A DNA stretch of 64,000 nt, taken from assembly GCA_050183995.1 (NCBI GenBank), contig JBFXAT010000016.1, positions 1,443 through 65,442 of the forward strand, read 5' to 3'. Of this stretch, positions 38,016 to 45,230 are shown one piece after another. The notes below the pieces were generated by a model. That model was not told the origin of the DNA, searched no databases, and worked only from the letters and a program-made list of their open reading frames with translations. Source of the stretch: Vicinamibacterales bacterium. Lineage in GTDB: Bacteria > Acidobacteriota > Vicinamibacteria > Vicinamibacterales > CAVVIG01. The position numbers and the translations under genes are program-made. Within the stretch, counting starts at the first letter, position 1, and each line of letters opens with the position of its first letter.

Positions 38016-39128
38016 TCAGACCTGCGTGCGCTGGTGGACGTAGCGCGCCACCGCCTGCACGTGTTCGAGCGGCGTCCCCGGGAGGATGCCGTGGCCCAGG
38101 TTGAAGATGTGACCCGGACGCCCGTCGATTCGCGCCAGCACATCGTCGGTGCCCGCGAGCGCGCGCTGGAGTGGACCGAGCAGGAGCGTCGGGTCGAGGT
38201 TCCCCTGAATGGCGCGATCGAAGCCGATGCGCTGCCAGGCTTCGTCGATCGGCGTTCGCCAGTCGGCGCCGATGACGTCGCCGCCCGCCTCCCGCATCTC
38301 ACCGAGGATCGCCCATGTGCCCACGCCGAAGTGGATAGTCGGTACTTGTGTCCGCGCGGCGAGGATCTCGAAGATGCGCTTGGTGTGCGGCAGGAGGAAC
38401 TCCCGGTAGTCGCGCGCGTTGAGCGCGCCGACCCACGAGTCGAACACCTGCACGACGTCGACGCCCGCCTCGACCTGCGCAACCAGATAGTCGCCAATCG
38501 TTTCGGCGAGCAGCGCGCAGAGGCGGTGCCACGCGTCGGGATGCCCGTACATCAACGACTTGGTGCGCGCGAAGTTGTTCGAATGCCCTCCCTCGATGGC
38601 GTAGGACGCAAGCGTGAACGGCGCACCCGCGAAGCCGATCAGCGGCACGCGCCCGGCGATCTCTTGCTGAATCTGCCCAATGGCCTGAAGGACGTACCCG
38701 AGCGACTCGCGAGGTTCAAACGGCCGCAGGCGCGCGATGTCGGCCTCTCCGCCGATGGGATTTTCGATCTGCGGACCTTCACCACGTATGAAGTCGAAGC
38801 GGATGCCCAGCGGTTCGAGCGGCAACAACAGATCGGAGAAGAGGATCGCCGCATCGACCTCGACCCGCCGGAGCGGCTGCATCGTGACTTCCGTTGCGAG
38901 ATCGGGAGTGCGGCAGAGCTCGAGGAGCGAATAGCGCTCTCGAAGCGCGCGATACTCCGCCATGTAGCGTCCCGCCTGGCGCATGAACCAGACGGGTGTC
39001 GCGTCGACCGGCAGGCGCCGGCACGCACGAATGAAGCGAAAGTCTGGCGAACTCAGGATGTCACCTCGTGCAGTCGTGGGGAGTGCGAAGCGGCGGCGCC
39101 GGCAACCGATCGACGACAGAGCCGCCAC
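38016..39128 (-). CDS. hemE: Uroporphyrinogen decarboxylase
   Basis: Contains PVDATPVWFMRQAGRYMAEYR and NLGHGILPGTP. The N-terminus may be shorter than the track start. Confidence 0.9.
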   Translation of the reverse strand: MAALSSIGCRRRRFALPTTARGDILSSPDFRFIRACRRLPVDATPVWFMRQAGRYMAEYRALRERYSLLELCRTPDLATEVTMQPLRRVEVDAAILFSDLLLPLEPLGIRFDFIRGEGPQIENPIGGEADIARLRPFEPRESLGYVLQAIGQIQQEIAGRVPLIGFAGAPFTLASYAIEGGHSNNFARTKSLMYGHPDAWHRLCALLAETIGDYLVAQVEAGVDVVQVFDSWVGALNARDYREFLLPHTKRIFEILAARTQVPTIHFGVGTWAILGEMREAGGDVIGADWRTPIDEAWQRIGFDRAIQGNLDPTLLLGPLQRALAGTDDVLARIDGRPGHIFNLGHGILPGTPLEHVQAVARYVHQRTQV

Positions 39129-39280
39129 CGGTCAACACGATAGAGCCGCGAGCAGGCGCGCCGCGCCCACGCATTGTAGCTGACCTGCAGAATCGCCACC
39201 GACGATGCGCAAGAGCTTGACAACGTCGTGTTACACTTAGGGGTTTCCTACGTCAGAATCCAACTATTTGGAGGCGTTAG

Positions 39281-39892
39281 GTGAGCCCAATCCTGGTCCG
39301 ACCCGTCCGCGAACAGCTCGAACACGATCGTGTCATCCGTCTCCTGCACGCGAAGAGCCGTCGTCGGTACGACGCGGCAATGAATCCGGGGACGGAGAAG
39401 AACGCGGCGGTTGGATCGGGCAGCGCGGCGATGTACCCGGACCTGGTGCTTCAGTCGCCGGAACGGGGCCGTCGACTCCAGGTCGTTGTCGAGGTCGAGA
39501 CGGGGGAGTCGGTCAACCATCTCGAGGCTTTGGCCCAGTGGGCGCACTTCGCGCGCCTCCGGGCCGCGTTTCATCTCTACGTGCCCTCCGGCATGGTCGA
39601 CGTCGCTCGCCGGCTCTGCGAGGACAATCACATCGAAATCTCCGAAATCTGGAGCTTTCACAGCATCGGCGACGATGTGCGGTTCACCCTGATCCACAAG
39701 TCGAAGGAAGTGCCCGCGCCTCCGCCGGCACCTCGGCGTGCGGCCAAGCCGACGCCCGCATCGACGCCGCGGCGCAAGGCGGCGGCACCGGCACCGGCGA
39801 AGCGTCCTGCTGGCCGCGTCGCGAAAGGGACCGCCCCCCGGCGCAAGGCCGCGGCCGCCAAGAAGACCTCCAGGCCGCAGAAGCGCAAGTAA
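39281..39892 (+). CDS. Hypothetical protein: globular N-domain with a restriction-endonuclease-like motif pattern, plus a Lys/Ala/Pro-rich histone-H1-like tail
   Basis: The GTG start has GGAGG 8 nt upstream, and GC3 is high. The N-domain shows EQLEHDRVIRLL, YPDLVL and LQVVVEVETGES. The C-terminal ~60 aa read PAPRRAAKPTPASTPRRKAAAPAPAKRPAGRVAKGTAPRRKAAAAKKTSRPQKRK. Confidence 0.7.
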   Translation: MSPILVRPVREQLEHDRVIRLLHAKSRRRYDAAMNPGTEKNAAVGSGSAAMYPDLVLQSPERGRRLQVVVEVETGESVNHLEALAQWAHFARLRAAFHLYVPSGMVDVARRLCEDNHIEISEIWSFHSIGDDVRFTLIHKSKEVPAPPPAPRRAAKPTPASTPRRKAAAPAPAKRPAGRVAKGTAPRRKAAAAKKTSRPQKRK

Positions 39893-39895
39893 CAC

Positions 39896-40660
39896 GTGCC
39901 GTCCGTCCGCTTCTCCCGCGACAAGCGGGGCTACGAGTACGTCTACCTCGTCCACAGCGTGTCGAAGCGTGGCAAGCCGGCGCGATCGCGGGTTCTGTAC
40001 TGGTACCGCACGCCGCCCGGCGTGAAGATCGGACGCGAGCCGTTCGACCCTGACGTTCGTGCGGCGCTGGAACGCCAGCACCCCGGCGTCGACTTCGACT
40101 GGGACCGTATCGTGTCCACGCCGATGCCGCCGCCTGACATGACGGAGTTCTGGCGCGAACGCCGTCGGGCGGAACGCGCGGCCAAGGCGGAGCGCAAGGC
40201 AGCAGAGGCGGCGCTGCTCGCCTCGGGAGGCGACGGAGCCGACGGAGTCGCCGAGGGCAAGGCGGCGCTGGACGTAGAGTTCGCCGCACCACCCGAAGTC
40301 CGCCACGCGGCAGAGGTCGAAGTCGAGCGGCTCGCGACTCCCGATCACACTCCAGACGTCCAGGTCAGCGAGGCTTCGACGCTCCTGTCCCTCGAACCGA
40401 ACGGGGTCCCCAAGTCGGTGGACGCGTCCGAGGGCGGTGAGGCCGCACGAGCGTCGACCACGTCCGCGGCTGACGGAGATGTCGCGCCACGCCGGCGCCG
40501 GCGTCGGCGCGGGGGTCGCCGCCGGAAGGGCCGGAGCGGAGTCGGGGCCGGGGAATCCGAGGCGGCGCTCGATGCGGGCGACGCCGAGCCAGGAGCACCC
40601 GAGGCGGGAGGCGAGGCACCAGACGGAGATGCGTCTCCGGACGGGTTCGAAGAGGAGTAG
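39896..40660 (+). CDS. Hypothetical protein: conserved-looking N-domain, then a charged disordered region with an Arg7 run and an acidic tail
   Basis: The GTG start lies 3 nt after the previous stop, and GC3 is high. The N-terminus is MPSVRFSRDKRGYEYVYLVHSVSKRGKPARSRVLYWYRTPPGVKIGREPFD. Later segments include PRRRRRRRGGRRRKGRSG and a ...DGFEEE end. Confidence 0.65.
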   Translation: MPSVRFSRDKRGYEYVYLVHSVSKRGKPARSRVLYWYRTPPGVKIGREPFDPDVRAALERQHPGVDFDWDRIVSTPMPPPDMTEFWRERRRAERAAKAERKAAEAALLASGGDGADGVAEGKAALDVEFAAPPEVRHAAEVEVERLATPDHTPDVQVSEASTLLSLEPNGVPKSVDASEGGEAARASTTSAADGDVAPRRRRRRRGGRRRKGRSGVGAGESEAALDAGDAEPGAPEAGGEAPDGDASPDGFEEE

Positions 40661-40694
40661 ACCTGGGCGCCCCCCGTGGCATAATCCAACAGGT

Positions 40695-42071
40695 ATGAGC
40701 CTGAAACTGAAAGGGTTCTGGTCCTCGGCCCTCGGTGTCGCAGTTGCCGCCAGCCTCTCGGCGCAGGCGCCGGCTCAATCCGGCACGTCGGCCGCGCCGA
40801 CCACTACGCAGAACCAGGTGCCTCCCGACTTCCGGGTCCAGATCGACGCCGTCACGATGGACGTCGTCGTCAAGGACAAGGAAGGGCGCTTCGTCCCGGA
40901 CCTTCGAAGGGACGAGTTCGAAATCTACGAGGACGGCGTCAAGCAGGAAATCACCTCCATGACGATGAGTCATGGGGGACGCGTCAGCAATCTCGTCGAG
41001 GCGCCTCCGCCACCGCCGCCCGAAGGCATCATTCTTCCGCCCTCGCGGCACGCACCCGATACGTCAGGCCGGATCTTTCTGTTCTTCGTCGACGATCTGC
41101 ACCTGCAATTTCAGAACACCGGTCGCGTACGCGAGCTGTTCAAGCGGATCGGCCGCAATCTGCTTCACGATGGCGATCTCTTCGGCATCGTGTCGAGCGG
41201 CCCGTCGTCGATTCACATCGACATGACGTATGACCGCAGCCGATTGGACGAAGCCATCAACAAGATGAGCGGCAGCGGCCTGAAACCGAGCGAGCTGATT
41301 CAGCGCGGCACCGGCACGGAAGGCTTGAGCGAACTGCGCTACAACGCGCAGGTGGCATTCGGGACGATGCAGGAGGCCCTCGGCAACCTCGAGAAGGTGC
41401 ACAACAGGCGAAAAGCCATCATCTGGGTGAGCGAAGGCTACGACTTCAATCCGTTCCAGGACTCCCGGCTGGGAGGTCAGGCGCTGGATTCGCCATTCAT
41501 TCAGAACCGGGGCAACGCTGCCGCGAACACGATGAGCGACGGCTCGCGTTCCGCCGATCCGTTCACACAGTACCAGCGTCAGCGCGAGACCTTCAGCGAC
41601 GCGGATCTCACGGCGCAACTCTCCGACCTGACCCGGTCGGCGAACCGCGCGAACACCACGATCTATCCGATCGACCCGCGCGGGCTGGTTGGAGGCACCG
41701 ACATCGACGAACAGGTCGACCCGGTGGAGTGGAGCAACTACGTCAGGAAGTCGCAGAACAGCATGCGGGTGCTGGCGGAGCAGACCGGCGGGCTCGCCGT
41801 GGTGAACATGAACGATTTCGACAAGGCGTTGAAGCAGATCGACGCCTCGAGCAGCGACTACTACGTGCTTGGCTACTACTCGACCAACCCCGACCCGACG
41901 AAACGTCGCCGCGAGGTCGAAGTGAAAGTGTTGCGGCCGGACAGCGAGGTCTTCTCCCGCAAGGAGTACGTGCTGCGGCCGTCTACGCCCGCTTCCGCGC
42001 CGGCTCCTGCTCCTGCGCGAGACGACCAGCAGCCGAAGCAGCCGCCGCCCGGTCAGCCGAAGCGGCGGTAG
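40695..42071 (+). CDS. Secreted VWA-domain protein of the Acidobacteria VWFA-related type
   Basis: In-frame ATG inside track ORF 40437..42071. A signal peptide (MSLKLKGFWSSALGVAVAASLSAQA) is followed by FRVQIDAVTMDVVVKDKEGRFVPDLRRDEFEIYEDGVKQEIT, which is typical of that family. Confidence 0.85.
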   Translation: MSLKLKGFWSSALGVAVAASLSAQAPAQSGTSAAPTTTQNQVPPDFRVQIDAVTMDVVVKDKEGRFVPDLRRDEFEIYEDGVKQEITSMTMSHGGRVSNLVEAPPPPPPEGIILPPSRHAPDTSGRIFLFFVDDLHLQFQNTGRVRELFKRIGRNLLHDGDLFGIVSSGPSSIHIDMTYDRSRLDEAINKMSGSGLKPSELIQRGTGTEGLSELRYNAQVAFGTMQEALGNLEKVHNRRKAIIWVSEGYDFNPFQDSRLGGQALDSPFIQNRGNAAANTMSDGSRSADPFTQYQRQRETFSDADLTAQLSDLTRSANRANTTIYPIDPRGLVGGTDIDEQVDPVEWSNYVRKSQNSMRVLAEQTGGLAVVNMNDFDKALKQIDASSSDYYVLGYYSTNPDPTKRRREVEVKVLRPDSEVFSRKEYVLRPSTPASAPAPAPARDDQQPKQPPPGQPKRR

Positions 42072-42984
42072 ACCGCCGGCTGACCTTCGCCATCTTCGCC
42101 CGCGCGGGAAGCGCCGCGCGGGCGGTCATCACACCTTCCATCCGTTCGACCGCCTCGTCCAGATAGGTGGCGTCGAGATCGCACCCGACAAATTTCACGC
42201 CGAGGCGCGCGCAGGCGACAGCCGTGCTGCCGAGTCCCGTGAAGGGATCCATCACGGTCTTCACGCGCGAGACGCCGTGCAGCCGGATGCACTGCTCGGG
42301 CAGTTTGGCCGGGAACGTCGCGGGGTGCGGCCGGTCGCGGTCGCGCCGCTGAATGGTCTCGTAGGGAATGAACCAGGTGTTTCCGCGGCACCGCACGCCT
42401 TCGGCGGCGGAGCGCCAGCGGGCGATGTTCGAGGGGTCCTGATAGGGCACGCCCAGCGCGAGCCGCTCGAGCCGTGTCGTTCCGCCGGGAGTGAAGTGGA
42501 ACAGGAACTCGTGGCAGTCGTTCAGGTACCGTCCGCTATTGATCGGCTTGTAGTGGCCAACCGCCAGATCGCGCGTCAGCCCCGCGGCCGCGCCGGCGGC
42601 GCCTCGATCGATCACCACCGACTTCACCCAGTGAATGATGTTCTGCAGCTTGAGATGCTGACGCGCTGCCTGGGCCACGTCGAGCGCCGTCCACGGATCG
42701 GAGGGACGTGTGCCGACGTTCAGAAACAGCGAACCTTCGGGTGTGAGCACGCGCGCGGCCGCCGCGATCCAGCGCCCGGTCCAACGCAGGTACTCGTCCT
42801 GCTCCAGGGCGTCCTCGTAGCTGTTGTAGCGGATCCCGATGTTGTAAGGCGGCGACGTGACGATGACGTCGATACTGGCTTCGGGGAGCGCTTCGAGGAG
42901 CTCGAGGCAATCGGCGAGATAGAAGGTCCCACTGGCGTTGCCGGTGCCAAGGGTTCTATACGGGTTCACGGCGCTGCGCATCAT
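41983..42984 (-). CDS. Beta-class N4-cytosine/N6-adenine DNA methyltransferase (SPPY motif), apparently orphan
   Basis: Motif IV (DVIVTSPPYNIG) lies N-terminal and motif I (DPFTGLGSTAVACARLG) lies C-terminal. The last ~45 aa are low-complexity and antisense to the VWA gene's 3' end. Confidence 0.88.
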   Translation of the reverse strand: MMRSAVNPYRTLGTGNASGTFYLADCLELLEALPEASIDVIVTSPPYNIGIRYNSYEDALEQDEYLRWTGRWIAAAARVLTPEGSLFLNVGTRPSDPWTALDVAQAARQHLKLQNIIHWVKSVVIDRGAAGAAAGLTRDLAVGHYKPINSGRYLNDCHEFLFHFTPGGTTRLERLALGVPYQDPSNIARWRSAAEGVRCRGNTWFIPYETIQRRDRDRPHPATFPAKLPEQCIRLHGVSRVKTVMDPFTGLGSTAVACARLGVKFVGCDLDATYLDEAVERMEGVMTARAALPARAKMAKVSRRSTAASADRAAAASAAGRLAQEQEPARKRA

Positions 42985-43031
42985 TGACAGTCTTTTCGGC
43001 TGTCGCGCAATTGTACGTTAGCCGTGGCCCC

Positions 43032-43052
43032 GGCTGCCGCGACGGGCGGCAG
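43032..43052 (-). other. Hairpin between the small Cys/His ORF and the methyltransferase gene
   Basis: GCTGCCGC (43032-43039) pairs with GCGGCAGC (43045-43052) around a 5-nt loop. It lies immediately 3' of the small ORF stop at 43057. Confidence 0.3.
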
Positions 43053-43056
43053 CGGC

Positions 43057-43257
43057 TCAGGAGGCTTTGTGCAGGAGCTGAGGAGCGAGGCGAGCGCCCC
43101 TGGCGACGACGTGATTGCGGCGGTGTCCGTGGCTCGCGCACCCCTTGCCCTTCTCCTCGACGTACGTCACCTCGCGGCTGGTCGCCAGCTCGCGGTAACG
43201 GCCGACGATGCAGCCGCAGGTCAAGGTTGTGAACCCGAGCAGCCTTACCAGACTCAT
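43057..43257 (-). CDS. Small (66 aa) Cys/His-containing hypothetical protein
   Basis: An internal ATG of track ORF 43057..43359 is preceded by GAGGG 6 nt upstream. GC3 is very high across all 66 codons. The sequence is MSLVRLLGFTTLTCGCIVGRYRELATSREVTYVEEKGKGCASHGHRRNHVV.... Confidence 0.55.
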   Translation of the reverse strand: MSLVRLLGFTTLTCGCIVGRYRELATSREVTYVEEKGKGCASHGHRRNHVVARGARLAPQLLHKAS

Positions 43258-43555
43258 GACACCCTCGCGCAGACGGTTTTCCGGCCCGACCGTCCCTCTG
43301 TGGACGGCGCGGTGAGCGGGCCTACAGCAAGGCGCGTACCGCTGAGGTCGCGCCCGCAACGTAAATCTTGAAACGATTATCGGTCGCGAATTTGTGCAAC
43401 TACGCCGAGGGCGTCGTGGTTTTTCGCCGTCGCCGGTTCGCGATCCGGACTCTTGGATTCAAGGAACGCGTAATAATTTCCATTCTGTGCGTGACTGTTT
43501 CCCAGTGTGTCTCCGTGAGCCGGACGGGCGATGGACGCGGTGGTCGGATCCCGCG

Positions 43556-45217
43556 ATGGTCATCCGGGCCGAAGCGGTGTCCGACATTCGACCGGCGCTC
43601 GCCGAGGTGGAGCGGCTCACCCGCGACCGCGGACTGCACGCGATCGGGTTCCTCACCTACGAAGCGGGAGCGGCCTTTGGGTTGACCGCCCATGCCCCTC
43701 CACCGGGGATCCCGCTGCTCTGGTTCGGACTCTACGAGACGTCCAGCAGCCGTGTCGTGGGCGCCCCGCAGTCGCAGGGCGGCTACACGCTGGGTACCTC
43801 CAGGCCGACGCTGGAACGCGATGCGTTCCGACGCCGCTTCGAACGGATCAAGCAGCACCTGTCGGCCGGGGACAGCTATCAGGTGAACCTGACGCTCCGG
43901 GTCGAGGCCGCATTCGAGGGCGACCCGTTCGACCTGTTCGCGGATCTGGTCGAGGCACAGCAGGGGACGTACTCGTGTTTCCTCGACATCGGCGACCTCG
44001 CGATCTGCTCGGCGTCGCCGGAGCTCTTCTTCGCGATCCGGAACGATCAGGTGCTGGCGCGTCCGATGAAGGGCACGACGCGGCGCGGTCTCACGATCGA
44101 GGAGGACCGCGAGCTGAGCGACCGGCTGAGGCAGTCGAACAAGGATCGGGCCGAAAACGTCATGGTCGTCGACATGGTGCGCAACGATCTCGGGCGCGTC
44201 GCAGACGTCGGATCGATCCGGGTGCCCGAGCTCTTCTCGATCGAGCGCTATCCGGGCGTCTGGCAGATGACGTCGCTCGTGACGGCGCGCACGCTCGCGT
44301 CCCTCGACCGTCTCGTCGCGGCACTGCACCCCTCTGCGTCCATCACCGGCGCGCCGAAAGTGCGCACGATGGAGATCCTCCGCGATCTCGAAGACGGCCC
44401 CCGAGGCATCTATACGGGTGCGATCGGCCGGATATCGCCGAGCGGAGACGCGCATTTCAACGTCGCGATCCGTACGGCAATCGTGGACCGGTTGCGTGGG
44501 CGCGTGGAGTTCGGCGTCGGCAGCGGCATCGTGTGGGATTCCGAGGCGGACGCCGAATACGACGAGTGCCTCCTCAAGGCTGCCGTTCTCGGGCGACGTC
44601 CCGTGCGATTCGATCTGCTCGAGACGCTGCGTTGGCAGCCCGACGGAGGCTACCTGCTGCTGGAGGAGCACCTTGCGCGCCTTCAGGGTTCGGCCGAGTA
44701 CTTCGGCATCGCGCTCGACGCGGCGTCGGTGCGCCGCGCGCTCGATCAGGCGGTCGCCGCCGAGACGGCCGCGCAGCGCGTGCGGCTGCTCGTGTCGCGA
44801 GACGGAGCGGCGCGGACCGAGAAGCGGCCGCATCGTTCAACTCCGGGCCCACTGCGCGTGAAGCTTGCGGCGTCTCCGATCGACGCCGCGAACGTCTGGC
44901 TGTACCACAAGACGACCCACCGCTCCCTGTACGACGCCGCGCGAGCGGCGATGCCGGGCTGCGACGAGGTGCTGCTATGGAATGTCGAGGGTCAGCTGAC
45001 GGAAGCCACGACGGCGAATCTGGTGCTCGAGATCGACGGCGCGCGTGTGACGCCGCCCGTCCGGTGCGGTCTGCTCCCGGGCACGTGCCGTGCGGCGATG
45101 ATCGCGTCGGGAGCGATTCGCGAGGCGGTGCTGACACGGGAGGATCTGAACCGTGCGACCGGCCTCTGGCTGATCAATGCCGTGCACGAAGCGCGACCGG
45201 CGGTGCTCGTCTCGTGA
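43556..45217 (+). CDS. pabB: Bifunctional aminodeoxychorismate synthase component I / aminodeoxychorismate lyase (PabB-PabC fusion)
   Basis: Chorismate-binding motifs are GDSYQVNLT, PMKGTTRRG, NVMVVDMVRNDLGRV, SITGAPKVRTMEIL and RGIYTGAIG. The C-terminal ~190 aa are class-IV aminotransferase-like (EGQLTEATTANLVLEIDGARVTPP...LPGTCR). I chose the start at ATG 43556. Confidence 0.88.
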   Translation: MVIRAEAVSDIRPALAEVERLTRDRGLHAIGFLTYEAGAAFGLTAHAPPPGIPLLWFGLYETSSSRVVGAPQSQGGYTLGTSRPTLERDAFRRRFERIKQHLSAGDSYQVNLTLRVEAAFEGDPFDLFADLVEAQQGTYSCFLDIGDLAICSASPELFFAIRNDQVLARPMKGTTRRGLTIEEDRELSDRLRQSNKDRAENVMVVDMVRNDLGRVADVGSIRVPELFSIERYPGVWQMTSLVTARTLASLDRLVAALHPSASITGAPKVRTMEILRDLEDGPRGIYTGAIGRISPSGDAHFNVAIRTAIVDRLRGRVEFGVGSGIVWDSEADAEYDECLLKAAVLGRRPVRFDLLETLRWQPDGGYLLLEEHLARLQGSAEYFGIALDAASVRRALDQAVAAETAAQRVRLLVSRDGAARTEKRPHRSTPGPLRVKLAASPIDAANVWLYHKTTHRSLYDAARAAMPGCDEVLLWNVEGQLTEATTANLVLEIDGARVTPPVRCGLLPGTCRAAMIASGAIREAVLTREDLNRATGLWLINAVHEARPAVLVS

Positions 45218-45230
45218 TACACAATCAGGC

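Noticed and set aside
40437-42071. A 544-aa version of the VWA protein starting at 40437
   Set aside because: The first 86 codons overlap the preceding gene in another frame and are Arg-rich. ATG 40695 yields a textbook signal peptide.
41983-43359. A restriction-modification system built from the methyltransferase plus the upstream ORF
   Set aside because: The upstream ORF is at most 100 aa (66 aa from the supported start) and has no nuclease motifs. The downstream neighbour is a convergent VWA gene. No endonuclease candidate exists within several kb.
43368-43685. The plus-strand 105-aa ORF, and the 43394 start for PabB covering the low-GC intergenic region
   Set aside because: These codons lack the GC3 bias seen in real genes here, and the translation has no similarity to PabB N-termini. 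ATG 43556 is preferred.
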